Below, piece by piece: positions 48,435-57,639 of a stretch of DNA of 64,000 bases. The notes under the pieces are model-generated. The model was not told where the DNA came from. It did not search any database and saw only the letters and a program-made list of their open reading frames with translations. The stretch spans positions 12,555-76,554 of the forward strand of contig JAYPJE010000018.1 of NCBI GenBank assembly GCA_038128265.1, read 5' to 3'. Position 1 is the first letter of the stretch, and every line of letters starts with the position of its first letter. This DNA comes from Gemmatimonadota bacterium (GTDB lineage: Bacteria; Latescibacterota; UBA2968; UBA8231). The position numbers were made by a program, and so were the translations under genes.

Positions 48435-48914
48435 TTGCGTATAGGAAGAACGGCACGGGCGCTGGCGCGCACATGCGCACTGGGCGCGCTGGCACTGGGC
48501 TGCAGCCTAGCGGGAGACGCTACGCGTCCGCGCGACATCGAGCGCACGAGCGAAGTCAGCTACCAGGAGGTCGAGGCTGGTTTGGAAGGGATCGTGCGCA
48601 TTGACAGCCTAACGTGGGTGCCCCTGCTGCCCTTTCCACTGGCCAATGGGAGCTTTGAAGTGCCCGGTGCCTTTGCCGCCGTCTTTCGCAACGAGGGCAG
48701 CCAGCCCGTTCACGTGCGCTACGACCTGCGCTTCTTCGATGAGGAAGACGCGCTAGTCGATGCCTTTATTCCCTTTGGCCAACCGGTTGCTCTGTCTCCC
48801 GGCGAGCGCCGTGCAGTCCAGGGGGAATTCCTCGTGCGCACGAGCGATATCTATCAGAGCGAACACCTAGCCCTAATGCGACTCGTGGCGCGCGTGCGCC
48901 ATCCAGAAGAATGA
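48435..48914 (+). CDS. Hypothetical lipoprotein (YcfL/FxLYD-like Ig fold)
   Basis: Probable TTG start after GGGAG; lipobox ALGC; RN…V.Y…FFD..D…L.PGE pattern. Confidence 0.6.
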   Translation: MRIGRTARALARTCALGALALGCSLAGDATRPRDIERTSEVSYQEVEAGLEGIVRIDSLTWVPLLPFPLANGSFEVPGAFAAVFRNEGSQPVHVRYDLRFFDEEDALVDAFIPFGQPVALSPGERRAVQGEFLVRTSDIYQSEHLALMRLVARVRHPEE

Positions 48915-48931
48915 CCCCTTGGACGACTGGC

Positions 48932-49786
48932 TCAAGCGGCATTCAGGCGAAAGAGGGGCACGGCCGCTTCCGATCGCTGGCGCAGCACGGCGATTTCCGC
49001 TTCGTCTACTGGGCGAAACTGGGCGGCAATATCGAGCGCCATATCAAAGAATTTGACTTCGCCCGGTGGAATGGCAGCGGTAATCGGCTGCGATAGCGTG
49101 AAGCGCAGCGCCAGATCGGCCAGTTCGCGATCGTCGATCGGGTGGTACCAGCACTTGTTGTATTTCTTCTCTTCGCCCTCGGCTATCTTGCCGTAGGCCA
49201 GCGCCTTCAGCGCCAGGCGGGCCGCGCCCGTCTCTTCGGCTTTGGCGACCACTTGGGGACCGAAATCTGCCTGAAAATAGTGCGTCCAGTTAAGCGGAAA
49301 GAGCACGGAATCAAAGGAGAAATAATCGAGCAGTTGCACGGCGATTTCTGCCGAGTGCGCGGAAAAGCCGATATAGCGGATCAGGCCCTTGTCGCGCGCT
49401 TCAACCAAAAAGGGCAGCGCTCCGTCGGCCGCCGTGGCCGCATCAACATCTTCCTGCGTCGTCATCGCGTGCAGCTGGTATAGATCAAAGTGTTTGCTGC
49501 GCATATGCTCCAGCGACTGCATCATTTCGCGCTCGGCCCCCTCGCGGCTGCGCTCGGTGGTTTTACACGCGAGGAAAACGTCGTTGCGATAGGGTGCCAA
49601 AGCCGGGCCCAAACATTCTTCGGCATTGCCATATGAAGGCGCCACATCAAAGTAGTTGATGCCGTGATCCACAGCTCGTGAGACGAGCCGACTAGCCTCA
49701 TCGGCCTCGGTGTTGGTGACCAGAATGCCGCCAAAGCCAATAATCGAGAGATCGATCCCCGTTTTGCCGTAGGGGCGCTTTTGCAT
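48932..49786 (-). CDS. Aldo/keto reductase
   Basis: Start MQKRPYGKTG after AGGAG; GINYFDVAPSYG, LACKT, DLYQLH, IRYIGFSAH. Confidence 0.9.
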   Translation of the reverse strand: MQKRPYGKTGIDLSIIGFGGILVTNTEADEASRLVSRAVDHGINYFDVAPSYGNAEECLGPALAPYRNDVFLACKTTERSREGAEREMMQSLEHMRSKHFDLYQLHAMTTQEDVDAATAADGALPFLVEARDKGLIRYIGFSAHSAEIAVQLLDYFSFDSVLFPLNWTHYFQADFGPQVVAKAEETGAARLALKALAYGKIAEGEEKKYNKCWYHPIDDRELADLALRFTLSQPITAAIPPGEVKFFDMALDIAAQFRPVDEAEIAVLRQRSEAAVPLFRLNAA

Positions 49787-49892
49787 ATCGCTGCTCCTGT
49801 TGTGGTGTGTGGCCAGAATATATTGATTAGCGCATAGCACACCAAACGGAGCGCGTCCTAGCGCAACGGAGAAAGGCACGTGAGAAAGCCAT

Positions 49893-51263
49893 ATGAGCGA
49901 ACAAGTGGGCGCAATAATTGATGAAGGGCTGAGCGACTGGCAGATCGTCCAACAGAACGCTGAGGGCATCGGCACCGTAGCATTGAAGGGCCGCTGGGTT
50001 GGCAGCACGCAATGCGTCGTAGAAGTGCGCGTTGCCGCCGCGCAAACCGGCGTATCCATCGTCGACTGGCAGCCGACCGAATCGAATGGAAACGGCACCT
50101 GGACCACCGCTCTGCGCGTGCCCGCCGGCGGTCTCTACCGCCTGGAGACGCGCCTGCGCGGCCCGGACAACGCGGCCGGCGAATGGTCACCGCGCGGCGA
50201 CATGCGCCATTTCTGGGGCGTCGGCGACCTGTGGGTTATCGCTGGACAGAGCAACTCGGCCGGCTACGGTCGCGGTCCCTATGAAGACCCGCCGGAGCTG
50301 GGCGTACACCTATTCCGCAATAGCGAAACATGGGCACTGGCCAGCCATCCGATGAACGAGTCGACCGATACACGGCACCCCGTTAACCGCGAGGGGGGCA
50401 ACCCCGGGCACTCGCCCTACCTGCAGTTTGGCCGCCTGCTGCAGCGCGCGCTGCACTACCCCATAGGCTTGGTGCAGACTTCGCTGGGCGGTTCGCCGCT
50501 AACGCGCTGGAATCCGCGCGAGGAGGGACCGGCCGACCTGTTCGACAATATGGTTCAGTGCGTAGAGAAAACGGGCGGCGCGCGCGGCATTCTCTGGTAT
50601 CAGGGCGAAAGCGATGCCGGTGCGCAGGCGGTGGCCGAATCCTACGCTCGGCGCTTTGCCGACGCCGTATCCGCCTGGCGAGAAGCGCTGCACGACGCGC
50701 AGCTGCCCGTGCTCACCGTGCAGCTCAACCGCGTCTTCGGCCGAGCCGAGCCGGGACCAGACCGCTGGTGGACGCAGGTGCGCCAAGCCCAGCGCCAGGT
50801 GGCCCAAACGGTCGAAGGCGTCGCCGTGGTATCTACGCTCGACCTGCCGCTATCCGATCTGATTCACACGAGTCCGGCCGGTAATATGCTGCTCGGCGAA
50901 CGGCTGGCGCGCGCGGCCCTGGACGCGGTCTACCGCTGTGCGCCCAACCACCAGGCGCCCGACCTCGAGCGCGCCGAGCGGGCAGAAGCCCAGCGCGTTG
51001 TCCTGCACTTTGCCAACGTGCACAGCCGTATGGACTGCATCGATGAGGGAGCCAACTGCTTTCGCGTGGAAGACGACGGGGGCGAAGTCGCCATCGAAGC
51101 CGTGCGCAGACCAATGGACGCCACCATCGAACTCATCCTGGGCAGACCGCTGCAGGGCCGTGCCCGCGTGCACGGGGGCTGGGGCACCAATCCCCAAATC
51201 GCGCCCATGGACATGGAGCGCTTTGTTCCCATGCTGGGATTTTACGGCGCAGAAATCGAATAA
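49893..51263 (+). CDS. Sialate O-acetylesterase / SASA (SGNH) carbohydrate esterase
   Basis: WVIAGQSNS, LWYQGESD, VQL, DLIH motifs; no signal peptide. Confidence 0.85.
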   Translation: MSEQVGAIIDEGLSDWQIVQQNAEGIGTVALKGRWVGSTQCVVEVRVAAAQTGVSIVDWQPTESNGNGTWTTALRVPAGGLYRLETRLRGPDNAAGEWSPRGDMRHFWGVGDLWVIAGQSNSAGYGRGPYEDPPELGVHLFRNSETWALASHPMNESTDTRHPVNREGGNPGHSPYLQFGRLLQRALHYPIGLVQTSLGGSPLTRWNPREEGPADLFDNMVQCVEKTGGARGILWYQGESDAGAQAVAESYARRFADAVSAWREALHDAQLPVLTVQLNRVFGRAEPGPDRWWTQVRQAQRQVAQTVEGVAVVSTLDLPLSDLIHTSPAGNMLLGERLARAALDAVYRCAPNHQAPDLERAERAEAQRVVLHFANVHSRMDCIDEGANCFRVEDDGGEVAIEAVRRPMDATIELILGRPLQGRARVHGGWGTNPQIAPMDMERFVPMLGFYGAEIE

Positions 51264-51293
51264 TAACGCAGCTGGTCGAGGGAAGATACCGCC

Positions 51294-51677
51294 ATGTTCT
51301 ACGCGCTGTTGGTCACGACATTCCTGCTCGCTTCGCTGGTATCGTTTCTCGCGGTGCGTTTTTTCGATCGGCCGATTGGCGCCATTCTCGAACGCATCAT
51401 CGGCGATGATATCAGTTCGGCCTGGCATCGCTACATCAAATTCGCAGCCTACGTCGTCGGCGTGTCCGGCGGCGTGCGCATATACAGCCTCGAGCGCTAT
51501 ATCAATGCGCCGGATGTGCGTGGAGAAGAGAGCACTATACTCGAGCTAACCGGCGAGCGCTGGGTGCTAGAAATTTACCGCACGATCATCGAAACGCTGC
51601 AGAGCATCGCCTGGATGCTGCTCGTCGTATTTATCGCCACACTGATCGCCTACGTGCTGGTGCGCCGCCGCACTTAG
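51294..51677 (+). CDS. Hypothetical membrane protein
   Basis: 127 aa, three hydrophobic segments, RBS GAGGGA; fills the gap between convergent genes. Confidence 0.7.
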   Translation: MFYALLVTTFLLASLVSFLAVRFFDRPIGAILERIIGDDISSAWHRYIKFAAYVVGVSGGVRIYSLERYINAPDVRGEESTILELTGERWVLEIYRTIIETLQSIAWMLLVVFIATLIAYVLVRRRT

Positions 51678-53116
51678 AGTGCGCTTGGGTAGGGGCGCTG
51701 CCAGCCGCTGCGACCAAAGTCGATGTCGCCAGACAGGTCGGTATGGTAAACGAGCTTGTCGTGATGCGATGCCACCGTCGAACGCATAATCTCGCTGGTC
51801 AGCGCCCGATCTAAGCGCAGGTACACGTCTCCGCAGTCTCCTCCCTTGAGCAGGTTGCGCTGCTCGGTGGGGTCTTCGCATAGATCAAATAGCATGTGTT
51901 CACCCGTGCCGTATTTGCACAGCTTCCAGCGCCCGTCAAAGCACATCCACCCACCGCCCATCATGCCAAATAGGTAGTCGCGCTCGGCGCTCGGTAGCCC
52001 CAGCCCGGGCAGCGGAGTAAAATCCATATAGCTGGGTATATCCGCCCCCGCCAGCGCGAGCATCGTCGGCGTCACATCGGCCAGAGCGACCAGCGCATCG
52101 CTGCACTGGCCCTGTGGCCCGCCGGGTAGCCGCGCAATCAGCGGAACGTGACAGCTTGCCTCAAAAAACTGCCCCTTGCCGATTAGATTGTGATCGCCCA
52201 GATAATCTCCGTGGTCGGACGAAAAGAGAATCACCGTATTATCCAACTGACCGCGATCGCGCAGCGCCTGTAAAATATGCCCGACCATATCGTCGATTTG
52301 CTTAACTAGCGCCGCGTAGTGTGCGCGAATCTTCCCCTTGTGCGCATCTGTAAACTCGCCGTAGTCGACGCCGTTCCACGGCCGCCTATTGCCCTCAATA
52401 TTCTGTCGGCGCAGCAGCGGGTGCTCGCCCTCGACTTCGGGAACGGCAGCGGGCATATCTTCGGGCCGGTAGCGCTCGGCGTATTCGGGCGAAGGGTCGT
52501 ATGGACAGTGCGGTCCGGGAAAACCCACCATCATGGCAAAGGGCCGCTCATCGTCATAGTCGCGGATATACTGAGCGGCCGCATCGCCCACAAAATAGTC
52601 CCACGAGTGTTCAAAGGCGTGCTCATGGACAATGGCACCGCGGTGCTCGTAATAGCCCTCGTGCTCGTTGCCGTGCAGCTTGCGCAACCCGCGCTCGGCT
52701 AGAAAGTCGGCGTAATCATCCTGAATGTGCAGCCAGCGCTTGTCTTCGCAGATTACCCGATCATCAAAGCCCATCCGCGCATCCCAAGGATAGAAGTGCA
52801 TCTTGCCAATAGCCGCACTGCGATAGCCCGCCCGGGCGATCAGCTCAGGCCACGTGTGGATACCACAGGCCGCGTAGTCGGGGCGCAAAAATTGCCCGTT
52901 GCCCAGCACGCCCGTGCGGATCGAGTTGAGCCCGGTCAGCAGGTTGTGCCGCGCTGCCACACAGACGGGCGAGGTGCTGTAGGCGCAGTCGTAGCGCGTG
53001 CCCTCGACGGCCAGCGAATCGATATGTGGTGTATCGATAAAAGACGCACCGTAGCAAGAGAGGAAATCGTGGCGCAGCTGGTCGGGCATAAGAAAGAGTA
53101 TGTTGGGCTTGGACAT
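51674..53116 (-). CDS. Sulfatase (variant CxAxR motif)
   Basis: Start MSKPNILFLMPDQ after GAGG; SPVCVAARHNLLTG, IGKMH, FSSDHGDYLGDH, LFDL..DP.E. Confidence 0.9.
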   Translation of the reverse strand: MSKPNILFLMPDQLRHDFLSCYGASFIDTPHIDSLAVEGTRYDCAYSTSPVCVAARHNLLTGLNSIRTGVLGNGQFLRPDYAACGIHTWPELIARAGYRSAAIGKMHFYPWDARMGFDDRVICEDKRWLHIQDDYADFLAERGLRKLHGNEHEGYYEHRGAIVHEHAFEHSWDYFVGDAAAQYIRDYDDERPFAMMVGFPGPHCPYDPSPEYAERYRPEDMPAAVPEVEGEHPLLRRQNIEGNRRPWNGVDYGEFTDAHKGKIRAHYAALVKQIDDMVGHILQALRDRGQLDNTVILFSSDHGDYLGDHNLIGKGQFFEASCHVPLIARLPGGPQGQCSDALVALADVTPTMLALAGADIPSYMDFTPLPGLGLPSAERDYLFGMMGGGWMCFDGRWKLCKYGTGEHMLFDLCEDPTEQRNLLKGGDCGDVYLRLDRALTSEIMRSTVASHHDKLVYHTDLSGDIDFGRSGWQRPYPSAL

Positions 53117-53280
53117 GGGCACCTCGCAGGATGGAACAGTGGAAGGAAGGCTAAACAGATAATCGAGAGCGGACACAGTCGACGCCGCGTCGCTTAGGAT
53201 ACAACATCACGGCCGCCAACACCAGCGCACAGTCGCTGCAACCGATTGTCCCTGCTCGCACCGAATCGTACATTCACCGC

Positions 53281-54111
53281 ATGCCTGCCCCACACACTGA
53301 AACTAGGAGCGCGCACTGGCTACTGCTGGTGCTGCTGATTGGCTGCGCCGGCGACCCTCTTCCACCGGCCGAACATGCCGCAGCACCCGCCGATTTCCTA
53401 CAGCCGGCGGTAGACGACCTACGCCCCTTCGCCGACTTGGGTGGTCGCGTGCACCTGGTCGACCAGTTGGGTAACGCTGCGTTGCTCGGCGATATCAGCG
53501 ACCGCACTTCGCTGCTGTTTTTCGGCTATACCTACTGTCCCGACTTCTGTCCAACCACCCTATCGCGGCTAGTGCGCGTAAAAGAGCTGTTGGGCGTAGG
53601 CGCCGACAGCGTTGCCATCACCTTTGTAAGCGTCGACCCACAGCGCGACCTTCCCGAAGTTCTGCGCACCTATCTCGACTACTTTCCCGTCGCCGTGCGC
53701 GGCCTGACCGGTTCCACTTCGGCTATAGACAGCGCAGTGGCTGCCTACCGGGCCGAGTATCGCCTGGGCACGCCCAACGAACGAGGCGCGTACGCCGTCG
53801 ATCACAGCACGTCCATCTATTTGTTGGACACGCTCGGTCGCGTGCGCCACGTATTTTCCCACGACGCCATGCCCGAGCACATAGTCGACGTGCTGCGCCT
53901 GCTGTGGTATAGCCAGATAGACGAGTTCGAACGCCTCGTCGACGACGACCCACTCATTGCCGCACGCGATTTGGGCACCTACGGCTGCAGCATACTGGGC
54001 GCACAAACAGACGACGGCTATCGCATTTGGGGAGCACGCGCTGCACGCGACAGCAGCAGGGCAAATGACCGATCGCTACAGCCCACCTATGAATACGGCT
54101 TAGACCGCTGA
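53281..54111 (+). CDS. SCO1/SenC copper chaperone lipoprotein with C-terminal extension
   Basis: Lipobox LIGC; FFGYTYCPDFCP (CxxxC), VSVDP.RD, VDHS. Confidence 0.88.
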   Translation: MPAPHTETRSAHWLLLVLLIGCAGDPLPPAEHAAAPADFLQPAVDDLRPFADLGGRVHLVDQLGNAALLGDISDRTSLLFFGYTYCPDFCPTTLSRLVRVKELLGVGADSVAITFVSVDPQRDLPEVLRTYLDYFPVAVRGLTGSTSAIDSAVAAYRAEYRLGTPNERGAYAVDHSTSIYLLDTLGRVRHVFSHDAMPEHIVDVLRLLWYSQIDEFERLVDDDPLIAARDLGTYGCSILGAQTDDGYRIWGARAARDSSRANDRSLQPTYEYGLDR

Positions 54112-54122
54112 GGAGAGACCCC

Positions 54123-54932
54123 ATGGCCCAGACCAACGCCTATCCCGAACTGGCGCGCGAGTTGCGCTTTTTTCCTGCAGAAGTCCCAACGCCGCACGCG
54201 CTCGACCCCGCGCAGGTGACGCAGTTCAATGAGAAGGGCTATATAGCACCGCTCGATGTGTTCTCCGCCGAAGAAATGGCCGTTCATCGCGCCGCCTTTG
54301 ACCAACTCATGGAAGAAGCCGGCGCCAACGGCGGCAATAGCTACTCGATTAACGGCTGGCACAAGACGCATACCGCCGTCTACGACCTAGTCACCGAAGC
54401 GCGGATTCTCGATTATCTGCAGGATCTATTGGGCGAAAACCTAGTGTGCTGGGGCACGCACTACTTTTGCAAAATGCCGGGTGACGGCAAGCAGGTCAGC
54501 TGGCATCAGGATGCTTCTTACTGGCCGCTCACACCGAGTAAAACCGTCACGGTGTGGCTGGCCATTGACGATGCCGACGCGGAAAACGGCGCGATGCAAA
54601 TTATTCCCGGCTCACACCTACACGGACAAATTGCCTTTAAAGAGAGCCGCGCCGAAGAAAACAACGTCCTCAACCAAACGGCGGTCGGCCCACTCGACTA
54701 CGGCGACGCGCCCGTGCTGCTGGCCCTGCGCGCCGGACAGATCTCCCTCCACACCGACCTACTGCTGCACGGCTCCGAGCCCAATGCATCGGACCGACGG
54801 CGCTGCGGCCTAACGATGCGCTATGTGCCGGCGGAGGTGCGCGCACTCAACGGATGGAATGGCAATGCGGTGATCTGCCGCGGTGCCGATGCGGCCGGAC
54901 ACTGGCAGCACTGGCCGCGGCCGCAGGCCTAA
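54123..54932 (+). CDS. PhyH family Fe(II)/2OG dioxygenase (paralog of 26632-27453)
   Basis: GAGGAG RBS; WHQDASYWP, IPGSH, LHGSEPN..RR. Confidence 0.9.
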   Translation: MAQTNAYPELARELRFFPAEVPTPHALDPAQVTQFNEKGYIAPLDVFSAEEMAVHRAAFDQLMEEAGANGGNSYSINGWHKTHTAVYDLVTEARILDYLQDLLGENLVCWGTHYFCKMPGDGKQVSWHQDASYWPLTPSKTVTVWLAIDDADAENGAMQIIPGSHLHGQIAFKESRAEENNVLNQTAVGPLDYGDAPVLLALRAGQISLHTDLLLHGSEPNASDRRRCGLTMRYVPAEVRALNGWNGNAVICRGADAAGHWQHWPRPQA

Positions 54933-54933
54933 T

Positions 54934-55449
54934 TCAAGGTCGGAATGCCGCGCGTTTGTCGCGCAGAAAACGCCCCCAATAGGCGTCGTAGGGATGGACG
55001 GTATCGACCTGTGCCTGGCCAAAGAGCGGTCGATCTTCGTTGTACCAGCGAAAAATGCCGCCGCGTAAATTAGCTACGGAGCGCGCCCCCGCCTCTTCGG
55101 CCGCGCCGCGCACGCGCTCAATCACGATCGACGAGCGGTAGCCCACCGAGCAGTAGAATACCAGATCGCACCCAGCCAAGCGGTCGCCGTACGCAGCCAC
55201 AAAAGCCTCGGCACCCATATCCGGATCGATGCGCAGCGCGCCGCGCAAATGGCTTACGTCGTATTCCTCAGCCGGCCGCGTATCAAACACCAGCAGCGAC
55301 GAATCGCCGCGCGCCATGCGCGCCGCCAGGCTATCACCGCTCAGCTGCGGCAGCGGATACTTGAGAGCGATGGCCTTTTCCAACGTCCACATACCCGGCT
55401 GCGCGCGCGCACTAGCCGGCAGCAGTGCCAATAGCAGGATCCAGTTCAT
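54934..55449 (-). CDS. Exported rhodanese-like domain protein
   Basis: Start MNWILLL with signal peptide (ARA/Q); DTR...EY..SHL.GA, FYCSVGYRS, NLRGGIF.W. Confidence 0.85.
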   Translation of the reverse strand: MNWILLLALLPASARAQPGMWTLEKAIALKYPLPQLSGDSLAARMARGDSSLLVFDTRPAEEYDVSHLRGALRIDPDMGAEAFVAAYGDRLAGCDLVFYCSVGYRSSIVIERVRGAAEEAGARSVANLRGGIFRWYNEDRPLFGQAQVDTVHPYDAYWGRFLRDKRAAFRP

Positions 55450-55450
55450 C

Positions 55451-56257
55451 TCACTTCCAAAACGGATAGAGAAAGCGGCCCAGCAGGCCGCGCGGAAAGT
55501 GCCGCATATCGGCAAAGCCCAACCGCTCCGGCCCTTCGCGATCGGCGGGCAGGTAGGCCGTGCCAAAGAGCCAGTCCCAAACGCTAAACACTACGCCAAA
55601 GTTTTGGCCGTGATGTCCGTGTAACACGACGTCGTGATGCCAGACGTGCATGCGCGGTGAGTTGAGCACGTATTTGAGCGGCCCCCAGTCAATGCGCACA
55701 TTGGCGTGGTTGAGGTGGCCAATTAGCGTGCCGACAATGGCCACCCACAGCACCACGCGCCCATCTACTCCCAGCGCAATCAGCGGGAAGTACGTCAGCC
55801 CTTTGTAGAGGGCGATTTCCATCCAGTGAAAGCGGAAGTTGCCGATCCAATCGAGCTCTTCAATGCTGTGGTGCAGCTTGTGAAATTGCCACAGCGACGG
55901 CACGGCGTGCAGCAGATGGTGCACCAGCCACTCCAACAAATCCTTCACCACCAAAAAGGCTACAAACTGCACCCATAGGGGTTCGCGCAACAGCCACTGC
56001 AGCGCAGCGGGCGAGGCAGCTGGCCAACCGCCGATCATTCCCTCTATATGCGCAAAAAACCAGGCGGCCGCACTGGCTACCAATATGCCGGCATAGTGGC
56101 CGTTGAAAACAAGCCAAAACAGGTCTTGGCCGATGCCAACGCGCAGCGCCCGCTGCTCGCCGCGCCAGGGCACCACGCGCTCTAGGACAAAGCACAGCAG
56201 CGATACGAGAACAAGCCAGAAAAAATAGTTGCGCGTGTCCCACAGCACGCTGAGCAT
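55451..56257 (-). CDS. Sterol desaturase / fatty acid hydroxylase family membrane enzyme
   Basis: His boxes HHLLH, HKLHH, RFHW.E, HAN, HVWHH; NFG…WDWLFGT. Confidence 0.9.
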   Translation of the reverse strand: MLSVLWDTRNYFFWLVLVSLLCFVLERVVPWRGEQRALRVGIGQDLFWLVFNGHYAGILVASAAAWFFAHIEGMIGGWPAASPAALQWLLREPLWVQFVAFLVVKDLLEWLVHHLLHAVPSLWQFHKLHHSIEELDWIGNFRFHWMEIALYKGLTYFPLIALGVDGRVVLWVAIVGTLIGHLNHANVRIDWGPLKYVLNSPRMHVWHHDVVLHGHHGQNFGVVFSVWDWLFGTAYLPADREGPERLGFADMRHFPRGLLGRFLYPFWK

Positions 56258-56451
56258 AGCGCTTTCCCGTTTGGTAAATTGACAGGCAGATAATCCTATC
56301 AGAACATAACGCTTTTCTCTGCCTGTAAAAGCGCGGCACGCGAGATCGTCTCGCCATACTAGCGCAGTTTTATCCACCCAATACCCATTGACATACAGGC
56401 GCTAATTGCGAACGTTTTCCTTTAGATGACGTTCACAATAGGCGGTGTCTC

Positions 56452-56592
56452 ATGGCCGACAAAATTTTCGTCATTTTTCTCCTTCTGAGCCTGATCGCCG
56501 TATACGGCCTCTCCCACGGCATCCCCATCTTCGCCGCCATGCCCTTTGGCGTCGCCCTCTTCGCACTCTACTCTCATCTGCATCACCTGTAG
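56452..56592 (+). CDS. Small 46-aa hydrophobic (two-TM) protein, absent from the ORF track
   Basis: MADKIFVIFLLLSLIAVYGLSHGIPIFAAMPFGVALFALYSHLHHL*; AGGCGG RBS-like sequence; mostly C/G third positions; lies in an otherwise empty gap. Confidence 0.6.
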   Translation: MADKIFVIFLLLSLIAVYGLSHGIPIFAAMPFGVALFALYSHLHHL

Positions 56593-56664
56593 GGCAGCTA
56601 GCCCCTTTGTATATTCGCCGATATCTGCGTATTAATACCGTGTCACGTTTGCAAGAAGGGCATT

Positions 56665-57627
56665 ATGCGCAGGGCATTCTACATCGCATGGCTCGTTCTG
56701 GTAGCCTGTTCGGGCGAAAGGGGGACGGGGCCTCAATCCACATCGCTCGAGGTAGCCGTCGAGTACTGGCCCAACGGCTACCTGCGCAGCGCCTATCAGT
56801 TCTACGTCGACGCGCAGGGCCAGCGCGTTATGCACGGCTATTATCGCACGTACTCGCAGCGCGTTGAAAACCTGCTGTGGAGCGAGCGCCTATTTTTTTC
56901 CGGCCGTTCTACCCAACTTTCCTACGAACGCTGTAGCGAAAGCACGGAGCGCACGGCCAACGGCAATTTTGAGCAGGGTGATTTTACGCATTGGCGCTTG
57001 GAAGGAGCGCGGCCGACATCCATCCTGCTCGTTGCGGATGACGATCCGCAGCGCGGCGCCCATTCGGCCAAGCTGACGCTGCATCCCGGCGATATCGTGC
57101 GCGGCGGCAACCGCGTAGAGCTCGTGCGTCCCGACTCGGGTAGCTACGCTGAAGAGCGCATCTACGGCTGGAGCTTTAAAATTCCAGAAGACTACGCGGA
57201 AGAGCCCTATTGGCAGGCCCTGTGCCAGTTCCATAGCCAGCCCGACTTTGCCGCCGGCGAAGACTGGGACACCTACCCCGAGCACAAACCGCCCCTTTCC
57301 ATACTCTACCACCAGGGCCGCTGTCGCCTAATCTACCACGACTTTGATCAGGTACAGCACGAAATCGGCTCGTTCCCCACTAGCAAGGGCGCGTGGTCGG
57401 ACGTGTTCTTTCAGATCAAGTGGTCAATGGAAGGCGATGGATATATCGAGATGTATGCCGATGGGCTACCGGTAACGCCCTTTAACGGCACGGACTACAA
57501 GTTTTATGGATCCAATGTGTATAACGAAACGGGAAACTACCTAAAAATAGGCCTCTACCGAGACAAGCGAGCAGAGGCCATCAATTCGGTCTACGTCGAC
57601 GACGCCTATATCGAAGCGTGTCGCTAA
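56665..57627 (+). CDS. Lipoprotein with MORN-like segment and polysaccharide-lyase-like (heparin lyase I/Polysacc_lyase) jelly-roll domain
   Basis: Lipobox LVAC; EYWPNG…HGYYRTY; NRVEL, YGWSF.IP, QFH, PPLSI, IKWS..GDGYIE…DG, YLKIGLYR, VYVDD. Confidence 0.75.
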   Translation: MRRAFYIAWLVLVACSGERGTGPQSTSLEVAVEYWPNGYLRSAYQFYVDAQGQRVMHGYYRTYSQRVENLLWSERLFFSGRSTQLSYERCSESTERTANGNFEQGDFTHWRLEGARPTSILLVADDDPQRGAHSAKLTLHPGDIVRGGNRVELVRPDSGSYAEERIYGWSFKIPEDYAEEPYWQALCQFHSQPDFAAGEDWDTYPEHKPPLSILYHQGRCRLIYHDFDQVQHEIGSFPTSKGAWSDVFFQIKWSMEGDGYIEMYADGLPVTPFNGTDYKFYGSNVYNETGNYLKIGLYRDKRAEAINSVYVDDAYIEACR

Positions 57628-57639
57628 GGGGTGTGTTAT

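Noticed and set aside
56279..56416. Two perfect TTGACA hexamers (56279 and 56388)
   Set aside because: No convincing -10 hexamer at 16-18 nt spacing, so not called as promoters.
56445..56867. 140-aa Arg-rich ORF
   Set aside because: Out of frame with both the 46-aa membrane ORF and the lipoprotein gene it overlaps; composition is not protein-like.
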